From assembly GCA_963833985.1 (NCBI GenBank), contig CAWIAD010000002.1, positions 2,400,001 through 2,464,000 on the forward strand: a DNA stretch of 64,000 bases, given 5' to 3'. The position numbers and the translations under genes were made by a program. This DNA is from an uncultured Planctomycetaceae bacterium (GTDB lineage Bacteria; Planctomycetota; Planctomycetia; Isosphaerales; Isosphaeraceae). Under the pieces are notes generated by a model. That model saw only the letters and a list, made by a program, of their open reading frames with translations. It had not been told where the DNA came from and searched no databases. This document shows, one piece after another, positions 63,880 to 64,000 of this stretch. Every line of letters starts with the position of its first letter. Position 1 is the stretch's first letter.

Positions 63880-64000
63880 ATGAGCGTACGCCTGCTGGAG
63901 TCTCGAATCGCCGCCCTCCGCGGACAGGTCCGGAGGCTGCTCGTCTTTCACGGCGTGAGCTGGCTGGTCACCGCAGTGGTGCCGCTGGTGATCCTCGCCG
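63880..64000 (+). CDS. Start of a membrane protein, truncated by the window edge
   Basis: GGAGG RBS; MSVRLLESRIAALRGQVRRLLVFHGVSWLV... open to the end. Confidence 0.7.
   Translation, partial: MSVRLLESRIAALRGQVRRLLVFHGVSWLVTAVVPLVILA

Overview
High-GC bacterial DNA whose gene content points to Planctomycetota, probably Isosphaeraceae-like (inference from gene families, not from a search). Left to right: a glycosyltransferase cluster with two tandem giant GT2-GT2-GT4 paralogues, a GT9, a GT-like protein and a GT2 (1-10.9 kb); a sigma54-type two-component pair, an M48 peptidase and planctomycete-type hypotheticals (11-21 kb); a repeat-rich accessory segment (21.5-29.6 kb); patatin, porin, MarC, PhaB/FabG-like SDR, MFS, permease and PTS enzyme I (29.8-41.3 kb); a Rieske/cytochrome b6/subunit IV/octaheme cytochrome c operon behind a consensus sigma54 promoter, followed by two cupredoxin-motif paralogues (41.6-51.7 kb); and a beta-propeller/TPR, MoxR, DUF58, vWA operon (52-64 kb). 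The accessory segment holds several REP families, two copies of a glycosyltransferase 5' fragment, an RHS remnant with a likely orphan immunity gene, a PIN toxin-antitoxin pair and a Y1 (HUH) transposase. The most unusual feature is that this Y1 nuclease is bracketed by two mutually inverted arrays (12 and 19 units). In each array every unit starts at the same outward-facing 5' end, is cut at a variable 3' point and often ends in extra G residues; three units switch to a second template. About 13 apparent frameshifts in otherwise intact genes almost all sit at or next to GCGC, suggesting long-read errors at a methylated motif rather than real pseudogenes. No rRNA, tRNA or CRISPR-Cas was recognised.
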